From Hydrolagus affinis (taxonomy: Eukaryota), in contig JAAILG010000903.1 in the NCBI GenBank assembly GCA_012026655.1, positions 1 to 64,000 of the forward strand: 64,000 nt of DNA. The letters are read 5' to 3'. This document shows, piece by piece, positions 37,722-49,920 of this stretch. The translations under genes and the position numbers were made by a program. The notes beneath the pieces were generated by a model. That model was not told the DNA's origin. It did no database searches and saw only the letters and a list, made by a program, of their open reading frames with translations. Numbering within the stretch: position 1 is the stretch's first letter; each line of letters starts with the position of its first letter.

Positions 37722-38095
37722 CTATGAAGTCCTGTAGCTCAGTGGTTAAAGCACTCAGCTCACAAGCGAGAGACCTGAGTAGGTAGAAATGTTGGGCAAG
37801 TTTCCTTCCTCCACATTGCCTCTATTGATCTAGCAGTAAGTAGGAACCAGGATGTTAGTCGATTTTCTCCCTACCCTCACCCCTACCCTGCCCCTCCCCC
37901 ATGCTTGGGTCCCGACCCCTGATTGTTCGGCGCCTTGGGACATCCTCCCAATATGAAAGGCTCTCTAAATGTAATTCTGTTATTGTATTAATTCCTTCAA
38001 AAAAGAATAATAATAAATTGGTCACTTCAATCCATGGCTACTTGTGGGACACTGCTATGCGCAATTGATTACCATGTTTTGCCTACAAATTCACT
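37722..38095 (+). mobile_element. tRNA/Deu SINE, long variant, with nested L2 tail (about 37868-37988)
   Basis: gtagctcagtggttaaagcactc head; ttgggcaagtttccttcctccacattgcctctattgatctagcagtaagtaggaaccagg; Deu block resumes after the insert. Confidence 0.8.
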
Positions 38096-40139
38096 TGATG
38101 ACTCTGTTAAGGAAGTGGACGAGGGTCTGTATGATACCAGGAAAAACAATCTGATTGTTGTGTTTTTGTCAGTGGCGGACAGTTTGTATTTTGTGTGATG
38201 ACCAATCATCCACATTGTTTGTTTGGCCACGATGGGACCACTCCCAACTAATGTAAATAACAGTCTTTCTACTCTACAGACACTGAATATTTAATTATCC
38301 ACTTTCTGTCAGAAGCTGTTCATTGACATACTGATCCACAATCTGATTGTCCCATTCCTATGGCAGTAATATAGGTGGTAGGATTAGAACCAAACAGAAT
38401 CTGGTCTGATCCCCTGACCAGTTTCAACTTTCAAGCCTTGGTTATAACTTAGTGAATATAACTCCTTTTCGTGCACTTTCTTTCCTTGGGTTATGAAATG
38501 CTTATTTGCCTCATTAAACACTGAAGTTTATTTGCTCAATATTTACAAACAACTGATCGATGCCATCTGTGCACTAAAGGAAATCCTATATGATTCCTCG
38601 ATTGGTTTAATGGTCAGCACACATGGTTAACCGACAATAATCCATTCTGGATCTCGTCATTATCAATGTCAATGTACACTCTTAATTTCTTCGCACTCCT
38701 TCACACCATAGTCCTACAAATTCAAATGAACATACTTTACCCACAACTGGATAAGCAATGGAAGATATCAATCACATGTGTGAATCTCTGTCCTGACTGG
38801 AATGTTCTGTTAGCATTTGGGCTGTTCTTCCTACTGTTATGATGCTATTATACAGAATTAAAACATATTATCCCTTCCACATAAGTATACTACACAAACA
38901 TGAGCACTAAACTCAGTAGCATTGTACTAAAGTTAGTTTCCAAACTAATTACAGTATTTACATAACACAAGTTTGGTAAAATTATGAGGTAAATTGCGAT
39001 GTGGGCATACAGATTCTCAGCAAAGAATACAAGCAAAACATATTTCCCTACTGCGGACTACAATATTGTGGTTAAAAGAGAAATCTTTTTACTAACATGG
39101 TGTTCATGTGTTGACAGTGATTGACAAGTGGGGATAGCAATATTTACTACTGATCCAATTAAGGCTGAAGGAAAGCATAGCCAGGCTTGTGCAATAGCTG
39201 TTCCTGTGAGACATGCTTGCCAATGAAACCAATGACTGCAAAATGTGATATGCGATCTGATCAATTTCACTTTGACTAAAATTGCAGTTGACCTAGGCAA
39301 AAATTGTTTACTGCCCATGGTCAACCAGCATTATCTTTGTTTCCTCTGGAAAGTAATGCAATTGTTCTGGATTATGGAGAATAGCTTTTGAGTTTCATGG
39401 TCACAGAACACTAGCCTAAGTCAGATGATATCCGATTAAATGGCATTGAAATGCTGCTCTCTTCAATCTCTTCAAGGCAGATGGATTGAGGCAGCGAGTT
39501 CCAGATTGTTTGGCCATAGTAGCTAAAAGCATGGCTGCATGTTGGTGGGGGGCACAAGGGAGTTAGAATATATTACATTAGAATATATAGCACAGAAACA
39601 GGCCATTCAGTCCAACTGGTCTATGCCAGTGTTTATGTTCCACGTTTATGCTCACAGGAGGCTGGAGCCTGCTGAGCAAAGGGAACAGGTAGAATGGGGT
39701 GTAAGCAGGTCAGAGGGTAAGAAGGTCCATGCCCAGGGTATGAAGTGATTTTAATACAAGCATGAGGATCTATAGAAGCCAAGCTTTACATACAACCCAT
39801 TACCGTGAGTTTGATGTCAGTTATGTGTCAACAAGTGATAGGACCCAGTCGGTCAAAAAAATAAACTTACACATTTCCTCACCCCAAACTCTGTTACTTT
39901 TACAATTAAAATCATTGGGGTCTAATTTACAGGTTGAATTAACAGCAACATGCAAAATTTACAGGTTGGCCTAACTATATACAAAAGTATTCAGATGCCC
40001 TTAATTATGTAACAAAAACTATATAATAGTTACAAATATTATGGTACATTTGAAAGCTACTCCTATAAGGACAATAGCTGTTATAATTGGGTCATGTAAT
40101 GACAGTGAATACAGTATTTGGGGATATATTCTAGGAACC

Positions 40140-40435
40140 TTTTGTCAATATAATGGTCAATATGATGTTCATTAAGTTTAATAAGTCGTGAGTGTCCCGG
40201 ATAGCTCTGGTATGAGATCCGTTTGCTGGAATGGTGAATTGTATTGGGAGATACCAGTTGGTTGAGCGTTCCGGTTGGTTGGGTGCTGTATAAACTAGCT
40301 TTCACTGTAATGAATCCTTCAGGAACCTGGATGTGTCTGAGGTTTATCCTATGGAACACCATCGATGGTGGTAAGATTTCTGCTTGCATAAAGATTGAAG
40401 GTAATGGAAGTTTGTGAAGACCAACAGGTGACTTG
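40140..40435 (-). mobile_element. Degenerate Penelope-like element, linker/GIY-YIG region
   Basis: Minus translation LLVFTNFHYLQSL...EILPPSMVFHRINLRHIQV...HSRLIKLNEHH resembles Penelope PLVxTYHP...FPxPPxxxFRRxxNLRxxLV...RxLxxRxxEH. Confidence 0.55.
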
Positions 40436-41604
40436 GTGAAGTCATGTAGGGTCAGTCACTGAGACATCCAGGTACAGTACTGTACTTACAGGTTTAGCTA
40501 TTTACATGCAGTTTTGCCCAGATCATAAGATAAGCTCCAAGACATTCAACATATTATGGTGCTTCCAACTTCCAAATATATAAGTCTGCATTCTAATATA
40601 GCAAGCAAATTCTTCCACATGCAGATAGGCAATGCATCACAGAAATTATCAGTGAAGTATTTGGTAAAAACAAAAGCAGTCTCATACTGTAGTATGAGTA
40701 TATGATTAATACCAGACAAAGCTCAAAATACAACATTCTTATTTCCAGCGGATCACTTGTACTCCAGAAAACAACACTTGTGAATTATGAATAATTAGCT
40801 ATTTTAACCTTAGCCAAGCATTCAAATTAGACCAACTTTTCATTTTCCACAAACAATTAAGGTTGATGACATATGTATAGTGCACAATAAGGCATTACTG
40901 GATACAATTTCTAGATGCAGAAGTCTTTTAAGCATGAATGATCTTCAAACAGTTTCTTCAATTTCAATGACTGCAAGCAGGAGTAGATATCTAACCACAC
41001 TTGGACTTAATAGTGAATTATTTGTGAGAGCACATGTGCAGATTTTTTTAAAAACATGATTTTTTTTCTACTAAACTAACAGTTGTGGCAGCTGTGATGA
41101 AGAGGAAGTGTCCATCCATGTCACTGCCAACTTTAGCAAGCAGCCCAGGCCAGAATAACATGTTCCTTCTCCAAGATCAATGCATTTTAATTAATATCCT
41201 TATGAAAAATCTTTGTTGTATCAAAGATTGATACAACAATCTGACTGATACCTCAATAACAACAACAACTTTGATTTATATAGCACCCTCCACGCTGGAC
41301 GGCAATGCGGTAATGTCTCAACACAATTCAAGTGCTACAGAACTAAATCATGTTTATCCTAGTTTATTTATAGCAACTATTGCAACCAATTTGACTTGGT
41401 TACTATGCATGTTGGCTCCAGGTTCAGAAAATTAAGTAAGATCTTTGTCACTGTTGCATAATTTTAATTACCTAAAATCTACACCGAATCAGCTTTAATT
41501 TCATTGTTAATGCACAATTATTTATTCCCAAGCATGGTTTAAAACCAAAAAACAGAAGTTGTTCTCTATCTTGAGCCTTCGAAAATAAGGCCATTGGCCT
41601 ATGA

Positions 41605-41893
41605 AGTTTGTAACTGTAGCTCAGTTATTAGAGCAGTCGCCTTGCAAGTGAGAGACTTGGGTTTGATTCCCAGCAGGGCAAAGCCTTCGGCAAGTTTCAT
41701 TACTCCACACGCCTGATAATAATCCCTCAAGAAAAAAAACACTAATATGACTGTTTGTGGGAGGCTACTGTACACGATTGGCTGCCATATTTCACCCAAA
41801 ATATAAAGTCAATTCACTTTACTATATATTCTGTGAAGTGCTTTGAGATGTCTAGAAGACATGAAAAGTGTTATATCAAATGCAAGAATTATT
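41605..41893 (+). mobile_element. Full-length young tRNA/Deu SINE
   Basis: gtagctcagttattagagcagtcgccttgcaagtgagagacttgggtttgattcc head, Deu block and tail. Confidence 0.9.
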
Positions 41894-42554
41894 CCAGATG
41901 TGAAAGGTGCTGCACACATGTAATTTTGTTGCTGTTGTTTATAAACTGTGGCTGTATTTAAACTTATTTTTGTCAGTCAAAGTATATGTGATGTACCTGA
42001 GAGTAGGCATACGTTAGGCAAGGTGGCCTTGTGTGCAAAGAGTTGAAAATCATTTTAATTACAGTATTTGAATTGGATGTTCAGCCAGTTTAATTTTCCA
42101 GGATTCAGAGATTGATTTGAATGAGCCTGTTGAGTAGAAAAGACCAGATGCCTTCTAATCTCACTGTTCTCCACTTACCATTAAGCATGCACTTACCATG
42201 CCTCCAGGGTTGATGCCAAGAAAGTGTGGATCCATATGGATCAAAGCTTCTGCTTAGGCTGATGAACCTTCCAGTACTTGGAATTGGCTTCTTGGTAGGA
42301 ATGTCTGCTTTGCAGTCAGGTCTTTTTCTCTCTAGAATAACTTGAGTGCAAAAAAAAACACTGAACATAAGAATAGGAAAATCTGTTCAGTGGTTGCACC
42401 TCCACCTGTACAGTCATTGCTAACTTTAGCTGCTTCTGAAAATTACATTTCATATAGTCATTAATGTTTCCTTTTGATCCAAATGCATTTCTATTAATAG
42501 CATGTTGCAAACAGATTATGAAACATCAAGATACATTCATGCAATTGGGCATGA

Positions 42555-43055
42555 ATTATACCTGCATTTAATAAAGTATGTATAATATTTCAAAACACTT
42601 CAAAATGTTTATAATTGTATTTGTAAACATTATGATAGCTAATTTGCACACAATGAAGTCCCATAATCAGCCATGACATAAATTACCTATTTTGTTTGGA
42701 GGAATGTTGGCCGGGACATAGAGAAACTTTCTTTACTTTTCAAATAATGCCAAGAGATTTTAAACATCCACCTGAACAGGCAGACAGGACCTTGGTTTAA
42801 TGCAGTGGTTTCCAAACTGTGGGGCACGCCTCCCTTGGGGGGCACGTACCGTTGGTTGGGGGGGAGCGGAGCTTTAGAGTCTCGAGCCCCCGAGTGCGAG
42901 TAGAGCCGGTTCAAATGTCTCAGTTGAAGAATGGTAATACTGACAACTCAGCACTATTCTCATTTGACTGTCACAGTGGATCATGAATGGATGTAGGGCT
43001 AAGAACCCAAACAACTACCTGATATTCAAGCTAAAGTGCCACCAACTGAGCCAAG
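42555..43055 (-). mobile_element. Old Deu-SINE carrying a hAT fragment
   Basis: aatttgcacacaa...ttggccgggaca...tttaacatccacctgaacaggcagacagg...ggtttaatg, insert, then tctcagttgaagaatgg...ccaactgagcc. Confidence 0.75.
42803..42913 (+). mobile_element. hAT (Charlie-like) DNA transposon terminus
   Basis: Begins CAGTGGTTTCCAAACTGTGGGGC, a typical hAT-Charlie TIR; GC/CpG-rich; no second TIR seen. Confidence 0.65.
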
Positions 43056-43222
43056 CTAATTATGAAATGATAGATGTTACATACTACTTATTAATGTTTG
43101 AAGATGCTTGTGTTGTGTTTCTAAATACTGGTACAGAGCATCAGAGACTGATGCAATTTCTTTTTAAGGAATGCTACATTTAAAAGTGAAAGTTGTAAAA
43201 GGTCTTGGTTAAGCTTATTCTC

Positions 43223-43322
43223 NNNNNNNNNNNNNNNNNNNNNNNNNNNNNNNNNNNNNNNNNNNNNNNNNNNNNNNNNNNNNNNNNNNNNNNNNNNNNN
43301 NNNNNNNNNNNNNNNNNNNNNN
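43223..43322. other. Assembly gap (100 N)
   Basis: Run of n. Confidence 1.
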
Positions 43323-43369
43323 CTTCAGTAGAAACAATAGACAATCAATGACAATTTAAAGCGTATGAA

Positions 43370-43494
43370 ATTTACGTTTCGCTGGTAAAAGTTGTTCTCT
43401 GAACGTTCAGCGAACGTTGACTGCGAACATTGGACGTTCGACCTCCAGCAGACGTTCAGTCAACGTTTAGTTAACATTCAAATGCTAGCAGGGT
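43370..43494. mobile_element. Terminus of a CMC/EnSpm-like DNA transposon with ACGTT subterminal repeats
   Basis: Repeated (A)ACGTT units; internal inverted pair gaacgttgactg / cagtcaacgttt; ends tgctagcaggg (reverse CCCTGCTAGCA, similar to CCCAGC.. EnSpm-type termini). Confidence 0.5.
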
Positions 43495-43801
43495 GGTTTG
43501 TGAAATTGTGTGTGGCTTGGCTGTGGAATCCTCTGGAAACAGCTTATGTGTTGGTCAAGGCTCACTGTATATTTTATTGTATGCTTGCTCAACAAGTTTG
43601 GTAAACTTACCAATGAGTGGAAAGTCACCTCCACTGTACCTACAGATTTCTTGTGTTAAAATATCTTATCTTCGTACCATATGCCAAGTTGATCACAACA
43701 CAAGAATTGTATCACGTGAACAAAGATTATTTTAGAACTTCAGCCGTTCATTAATCAAATTTATGTGAAAATTCATGACTAATGTTATCAACCTTTTGTT
43801 T

Positions 43802-43936
43802 GAGGTGATATTAGACTCGGAGTGTGAGGGAGTAAAGTTAACATCAGTCATGAGCACAGGCTGCTTCAACAGAGGTGTCATTCCAACTGTGCGTGTTAAC
43901 TCTGCTCTTTCACACTGTCTGACTCACTAACACCTC
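43802..43936. repeat. Degenerate palindromic MITE-like element
   Basis: Left arm gaggtg..agtgtgagggagtaaagttaaca versus reverse complement of right arm gaggtg..agtgtgaaagagcagagttaaca. Confidence 0.6.
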
Positions 43937-44659
43937 CATGCAATGTCCCCATCGATCTTTTCTATATTCACTCTTTGAACAAAATATTTAACCCAAAACA
44001 ACACATGCAAACAAATAATAAATCATATTTCCCTGTAACTGGTTTGAGTTAAGCCACTTTTGATGTTACTCTCTCTTTAAATAATGATTTAAATTTGTAA
44101 GGATTGTACGCAGGAATAATTGTACAATAAAATACAAGTTAGTTTTATAGAGTGCTTTTCACATCAAGAGGACGTTTAAAATTGCTTGTTCTCTATTGTC
44201 TTATGAAATTGACTGTGCCTTGGCTTTCCTGAGAAATCTTGGGTTTAAGGACAAAGCCTTTAATGAAAGTACAAATTATTCATTACCAAATATGTATCAG
44301 AGCATGTTGCTACCCTTCCAACATTACAATAATTGATGACAGATTTTTAAGAAGATTCTCAAATGAAAATTAGAATTAAATATATCTGTAAAGAACTTTA
44401 CGTAGGGAACTCAATAATAATTTTAACAGATTTTTCTTGTATTCTGAAGGAATCTGGGGTGTCTTTGGGGCAACATATGCTTAATGTACAACTTAATTCA
44501 TGGTAATGACCTCAAACGGTGATTTTCTGATCTTGCTCACACCAGATAGTCACATCGCCATCCATACACTTGAATGAGACTACACAGTTATTTTAAATAG
44601 CTATTCATAAAAACAATAATCAGAATTCTAAAATTTAACAAATCTGACTGTCATTTATT

Positions 44660-45000
44660 ACTAACCTGCCCGCCCCTTCCATTCAGCGGGCTCCAGTCTG
44701 CTCCATATCTCCTGCCCAACCAGCCCTACCATCGGTGACCATGCTTTCAGCCTCTCTGCCTCCACACTCTGGAACACCATCCCACAATCCCTTTGCCTCA
44801 CTTGCTCCTTCGCCTCCTTCAAGACCAGTCTCAAGACCCTCCTTTTCGATCGTGTCTTCTGCTGCCCTACCACCTCTCTCCCTCCTCTGCTCCTCTGCCC
44901 CACTCCCATGCTCAGGTCCTGACCCCTGACTGTTCAGCACCTTGAGCCGTCCTCCTGATATGAAAGGCGCTCTATTAATGTAATTTTATTGTTGATATTG
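44660..45000 (+). mobile_element. L2 3' fragment (subfamily B)
   Basis: ccatcggtgaccatgctttcagcctctctgcctccacactctggaac...tgaaaggcgctctattaatgtaatttt. Confidence 0.9.
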
Positions 45001-45183
45001 AAAATAGAATAATAAAAAGAATCCTTGCATTTGATATAGTGCCTTCAAACATCTTCTAGACACCTCAAAGCGCCATACAGAATATACTGTACATTGAATT
45101 AATTGACAATGTTTTGTGGGCAAAATGTATGGGAGTAAAATACATTACTAACATGAACAAAAAAAAGCTTACCTGAGCTATAC

Positions 45184-45365
45184 AGTAGGAGAGAATTTCC
45201 ACCAAGGTCTAAATTTACTCAACTTAGGTGACATTTTATGCCCAAATTTGGAAAACTTTAACGCCAGTTTTCTTAAAAGTACTGCAAAACTTCAAAATGA
45301 TTGCATTATTTATTAATTTACATAAACATAGTTAATCTAGACCCTGGTGGAATTTCTCTTCTACT
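45184..45365. mobile_element. MITE with ~36-bp imperfect TIRs (Tc1/mariner/Tigger-like start TA|CAGTAG)
   Basis: Left agtaggagagaatttccaccaaggtctaaatttact versus reverse complement of right agtagaagagaaattccaccagggtctagattaact. Confidence 0.7.
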
Positions 45366-47228
45366 CCAAACCAAACAAACTACTCAATGCTGTCTTGCAG
45401 AAACCTTAATCTTAGTTAAAACATTGCCCAATTATTTGGTTTTGTCTATGATCAACACGCTTAATAGTCAATCGTAGTTCCACTCAGAGGTCACAGCACA
45501 TGCTGAAAGATCTAATAACTTTCATGTTCAATGCTTTGTTTTTGTCTAGATTGAGTTGATGATTTAATCACTAATTGGGCTGCAGCACAAAGATATGAAA
45601 ATTGGTCTTTTATCTGCACTTTGTAAAATTCCTGATCCGACCATCTGTTCCAAGCATTACATTTCTTGGCAAACTAGTAATGTGTTGATAATAGTTCACG
45701 GTGCCAATGATAACGTCAGTTTCACAAGAGTGTATGAAGCTATAAATAGCTTCTGTATTTTGATGGAAAGTGTGGTATATCAAATACATTTTCATCTTTC
45801 ATGGAATTCACATTGCGACAGATTCATCAAGTTGATAATTTAGAGAAACAGATAACGTTACAGAACTTTACTTAGGCTGTCTGCTTATTGGGGATGGAAT
45901 ACTTTCCCATTTCCCACTTTCTTTGTGCAACACATGAATAATGTTGCTGCCTACAATTCATAAAACAGAAAATAAATGCTAGCGTTACATATTAGCAGGA
46001 CAAAATTTTGGATCCACGTGATATCTATCAGATTAATTGGGCCTGTAGCAGAACACCCCCCCCACCCCCAACATGAGTCTCATTGATGAACTTGGAGAAG
46101 AAAGATCGTCAGATCTTGGATGTCTATCCTTCAACTGCTTGGATAACTTGGATCACAGCATTGTAATAAAATGCCTCTAAACGATTAAGGGAAAGATGCA
46201 GAAGCTGCACGCCCATCGCCTGATTTTGTGATTGAGCATGACATGGAGTGGGAGGGGGCAGGTCTGCTTTTATCTCATTCAATGCAATAAATATTTGCTT
46301 CCCCTAATTTCCCTGATTACCACAAAACAATCTGTCAGAAAATCTTGAAATGATATTTTAGGATGAAACAATATCCCTTGATTCAAATCCCAAACTATTC
46401 AATTTTTAACAGTGTCGGAAATGCCTGCTGATCAAATTTGCTAGCTTGTTCCCCAGGCAAACTGTTTGATTCAAGAAATAGAAATACCTCATAAATTACA
46501 TTCATGCCATGCTTATGGACCATTTAACAATGGTATGGCAGCCACTGAACACAATAACAAAATTTACATTTATATAGCGCCTCTTAAATCAGGAGGACGC
46601 CTGAAAGCACTTCACATTGCTACCTCAGCAACCAAACTTGGGAGAGTGGTGATAGGTGGGGTGGGGAGGGAAGGGGGTCCTGAAGAATGTGGAAAGGAAA
46701 AGGATAAATTAAAGTGCAGTTGGAGAGGTTAAGCCTTGAGAATAGCACTTCAATGCTCGTCCAAAATGCATGTGGCACATTGCATCCTGATATTGTCACA
46801 CTGTTTTGAAATCATAAGAAGATAAGAATTTGCTAGGCCAAAAAGACAAAGGTCCATCGAGCTCACCTTCCAGCATCTTAGCAAATATATACACATGGGA
46901 GCTTGTTCCATAAACCAGTAACAATAAGAAAGTGATTCTGATATCTGCAAAGTATTTTTGGCAAATTGCACTTGCTCCCAAAAGAAATCAGAGGCAGTAA
47001 AACTGCTAATAAATCATCCAAATTCTATGACAAGCTTTTAGTTCCTATACATAGCTGCTCTATTACTTCTTGGTTTTGTCTCATCCTCTTTATTACTCTT
47101 TTAAATCTTGACAGTCTTGTGAATGTGCCTTGGCCCCCAAATAAATTTAATAGCAACAATAAATATAATAATAGTAATAATAATTATTATCTTTGAATTT
47201 GTTACAGCATTTTCCACATCTTCTAGAC

Positions 47229-49010
47229 CTGCCACCTTGCCCCACTACTTACCGACTCTACCAACCTGTCCCTTTCATCCGGCATTATTCCAACCCTCCT
47301 CAAAATAGCCACTATCACTCCCACCCTGAAGAAACCTTGCATTAATGAATCACAGCTTTCAAGCTACCGGCCCATTTCCAACCTCCCTTTTCTGTCGAAG
47401 ATCCTTGAAAGAGTCGTTGCCTCCCAGCTTCACTCTTTCCTCTCATCCCATTCCTCCAATTGGGCCTCTGTACTGCCCACAGAATGCAAACTGCTCTGGT
47501 CAAGGTCACAAATGATATCCTGACCATTTGTGACCAGGGCTCCCTCTGCCTCCTCATCCTCCTCGACCTAGCTACAGCTAGTCCATTCGATCCTCCTCCA
47601 CTGCCTCTCCTCCCATCTCAACCTGCAAATTCCTGACCGTGTCTAGTTCTGGTCCTATCTTTCACACTGCATCCACTTTGCCTCTGCCAATGGCTTTTCC
47701 TCCAGCCTCTGCACTGTCTCGTGCGGCGTTCCTCAGGTTTCTGTCCTTGGACCCTTCCTCGTCACCATCTACATGCTCCCCACTCAGTGACATCATCCGC
47801 AGACATGGGGTAAATTTCCACATGTACCCGGATGACACCCAAATCTATCTTTCCACTTCCAATAATAAGAACAACAACAAAATTACATTTATAGAGTGCC
47901 TTTCACGTCAGGACGACGACCCAAGGCGCTGAACAATCAGGTGTCGGAATCCAAGCAAGCAGAAGGGGCAAGGTAGGGTGGGGGGGAGTTGGGGGAGAGA
48001 GTTGGAAGAGCAGCAGAATGCACGATCGAAGAGGAAGGTCTTGAGACCAGCCTTGAAGGAGGCAAGGGCGGAAGCAAGGCGAAGAAACTGTGGATGGAGT
48101 TCCAGAGTGTGGGGGCACACTGAACTCCAGGTGTCCTGACTGCCGGCCTGGATGAGGAGCAACTTTCTCCAAATGAACATCAGCAAGACTGAGAATGTCT
48201 GATTGGTTCACGTCAGCGCCTCCGCACCTCAGGCATTGGCAGCATTAGCAACCAAGGCTGCACACTCCATCTTATGAAGCCAGTCAGGAACCTGGGTGTC
48301 TTGTTTGGCCCTGAACTGTCCTTTCCCCCCACATCTGCACCATGACCAGCAGTAACCTTCCACCACCTCTGTAACATTGCTAGACTCTGCCACTGCCTCC
48401 CTCCTCAGGTTGCCGAAATCCTTATCCATGCATTTGTTACATCAAGACTTGTCTATGGAAACTCCTTCCTCATCGGCCTTCACAAGCTGCAGATCATCCA
48501 GAGCTCTGCAGCTTGTGTCCTCTCCCGGCTAGGCACTGCAACCCTATCAACCCCACCCTCAACTGGCTCCATTGGCTCCCATTCCTCAGAGGATCGAATT
48601 CAAGATTTTTGTCCTCACCTTCAAGGCCATTTACGGCCTTGCCCCTTACTCTCTCTCCAACCTGCTGACTGCCTACCAACCTGGCAGCCCCTGCATTCAG
48701 TGGGCTCCGGCCTGCTCTGTGTCTCCCGCCCGACCCGCCCTACCATCGGAGGCCAGGCTTTCAGTCTCTCTGCCCCCACACTCTGGAACTCCATCCTACA
48801 GTCCCTTCATCTCGCTTCCTCCCTTGTCTCCTAGATGGCTGGACTCAAGTCCCTTCTTTTTGATTGTGCCTTCTGCTGCCCTCCCACCTCTCTCCATCCC
48901 CTGTCCTCTACCCTGTGGCTCCCCCATGCTCGGGTCCCTGACTGTTCAGCACCTTGAGACATCCTCCCAATGTGAAAGGCGCTCTATAAATGTAATTTTG
49001 TTGCTGTTGT
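47229..49010 (+). mobile_element. Older 5'-truncated L2 (RT to 3' end), inside a SINE and itself interrupted by an inverted L2 tail (about 47860-48130)
   Basis: ITPTLKKP, YRPISNLPF, ALVKVTNDIL, FHMYPDDTQIYLST, LHWLP/QRIEFKI and 3' tail; SINE halves at about 47165-47229 and 49011-49100. Confidence 0.9.
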
Positions 49011-49784
49011 CTAAAAATGGATTGAAATGACCAATCATTTTTTGGAGGGATTATTATTAGGCATGTAGAGTAAGGAAACTTGCCCAAGGTATTGAACACA
49101 GAGTGAGTGAAATTAAAAACACCCAGATGAAAAAAATTGAGCCACAGGTAGATGGTTTAAAAGGAGAAGGCAAAGCTGAACTGAGGAAATCAGAGCGAGA
49201 GAGAAGGAAAAGACAAGAAAGCAAATAGGAAGAAAAGTGAAGCAGGGTAATGATTAGAAGTTCCAGTTAGGAAGAATTACATTAAATTTGTTAGTTACTG
49301 CTCAGGTGAATAAGGCTCCGTTAAATAAAACTCAACTGGTGTAGCATCATATATGTACAGTATCTTCAATATGTAGTAAATACAAATCAATGTGATACAT
49401 TTTATGTAATGTATCAGTTAAAAGGTATGAATTGTCAATGCACACCATGGCAGTAATAGCCCTAGGGAAGCATACATGAGCACAGGTGTTGAAATCCAAA
49501 CATACTCAGGATAGCAAGCGTGGTTAGAAATCCCATATGACTATTTGTTATTATGCATGTGAACTTCCACTTCCTACAGATAGCTTATAAGCAAACACTT
49601 GGGAGTCACATTTAAATACAATCTTCCTTGCTATGGTGGTTTACGTGGGGAAGGCACAAACATCATGGGCAGAGGTTATCAGAAAGCACACTGAGCATGA
49701 TTGCTGTGCGCTCGGGTAGCAGTTTTGTCATTGAAGGGTCATAGTGATCAGCGGTTGATCAGCGGTTACCTTGTGTGAGCTCAA

Positions 49785-49920
49785 GGGCATTGATATTACT
49801 GAGGCAGAGGTTCCTGATAGACTCAACATGCTGAAAACCACAAAATCCCCTGGCACAGAAGAACTGCACTTGAGCTACTCAGAGAGGCAGGAAAAGAGAT
49901 TTGTGAAGCACTGGAAGTCA
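49785..49920 (+). mobile_element. Old CR1 ORF2 fragment
   Basis: ITEAEVPDRLNMLKTTKSPG resembles CR1 EVxxxLxxLKxxKSPGPD. Confidence 0.55.
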
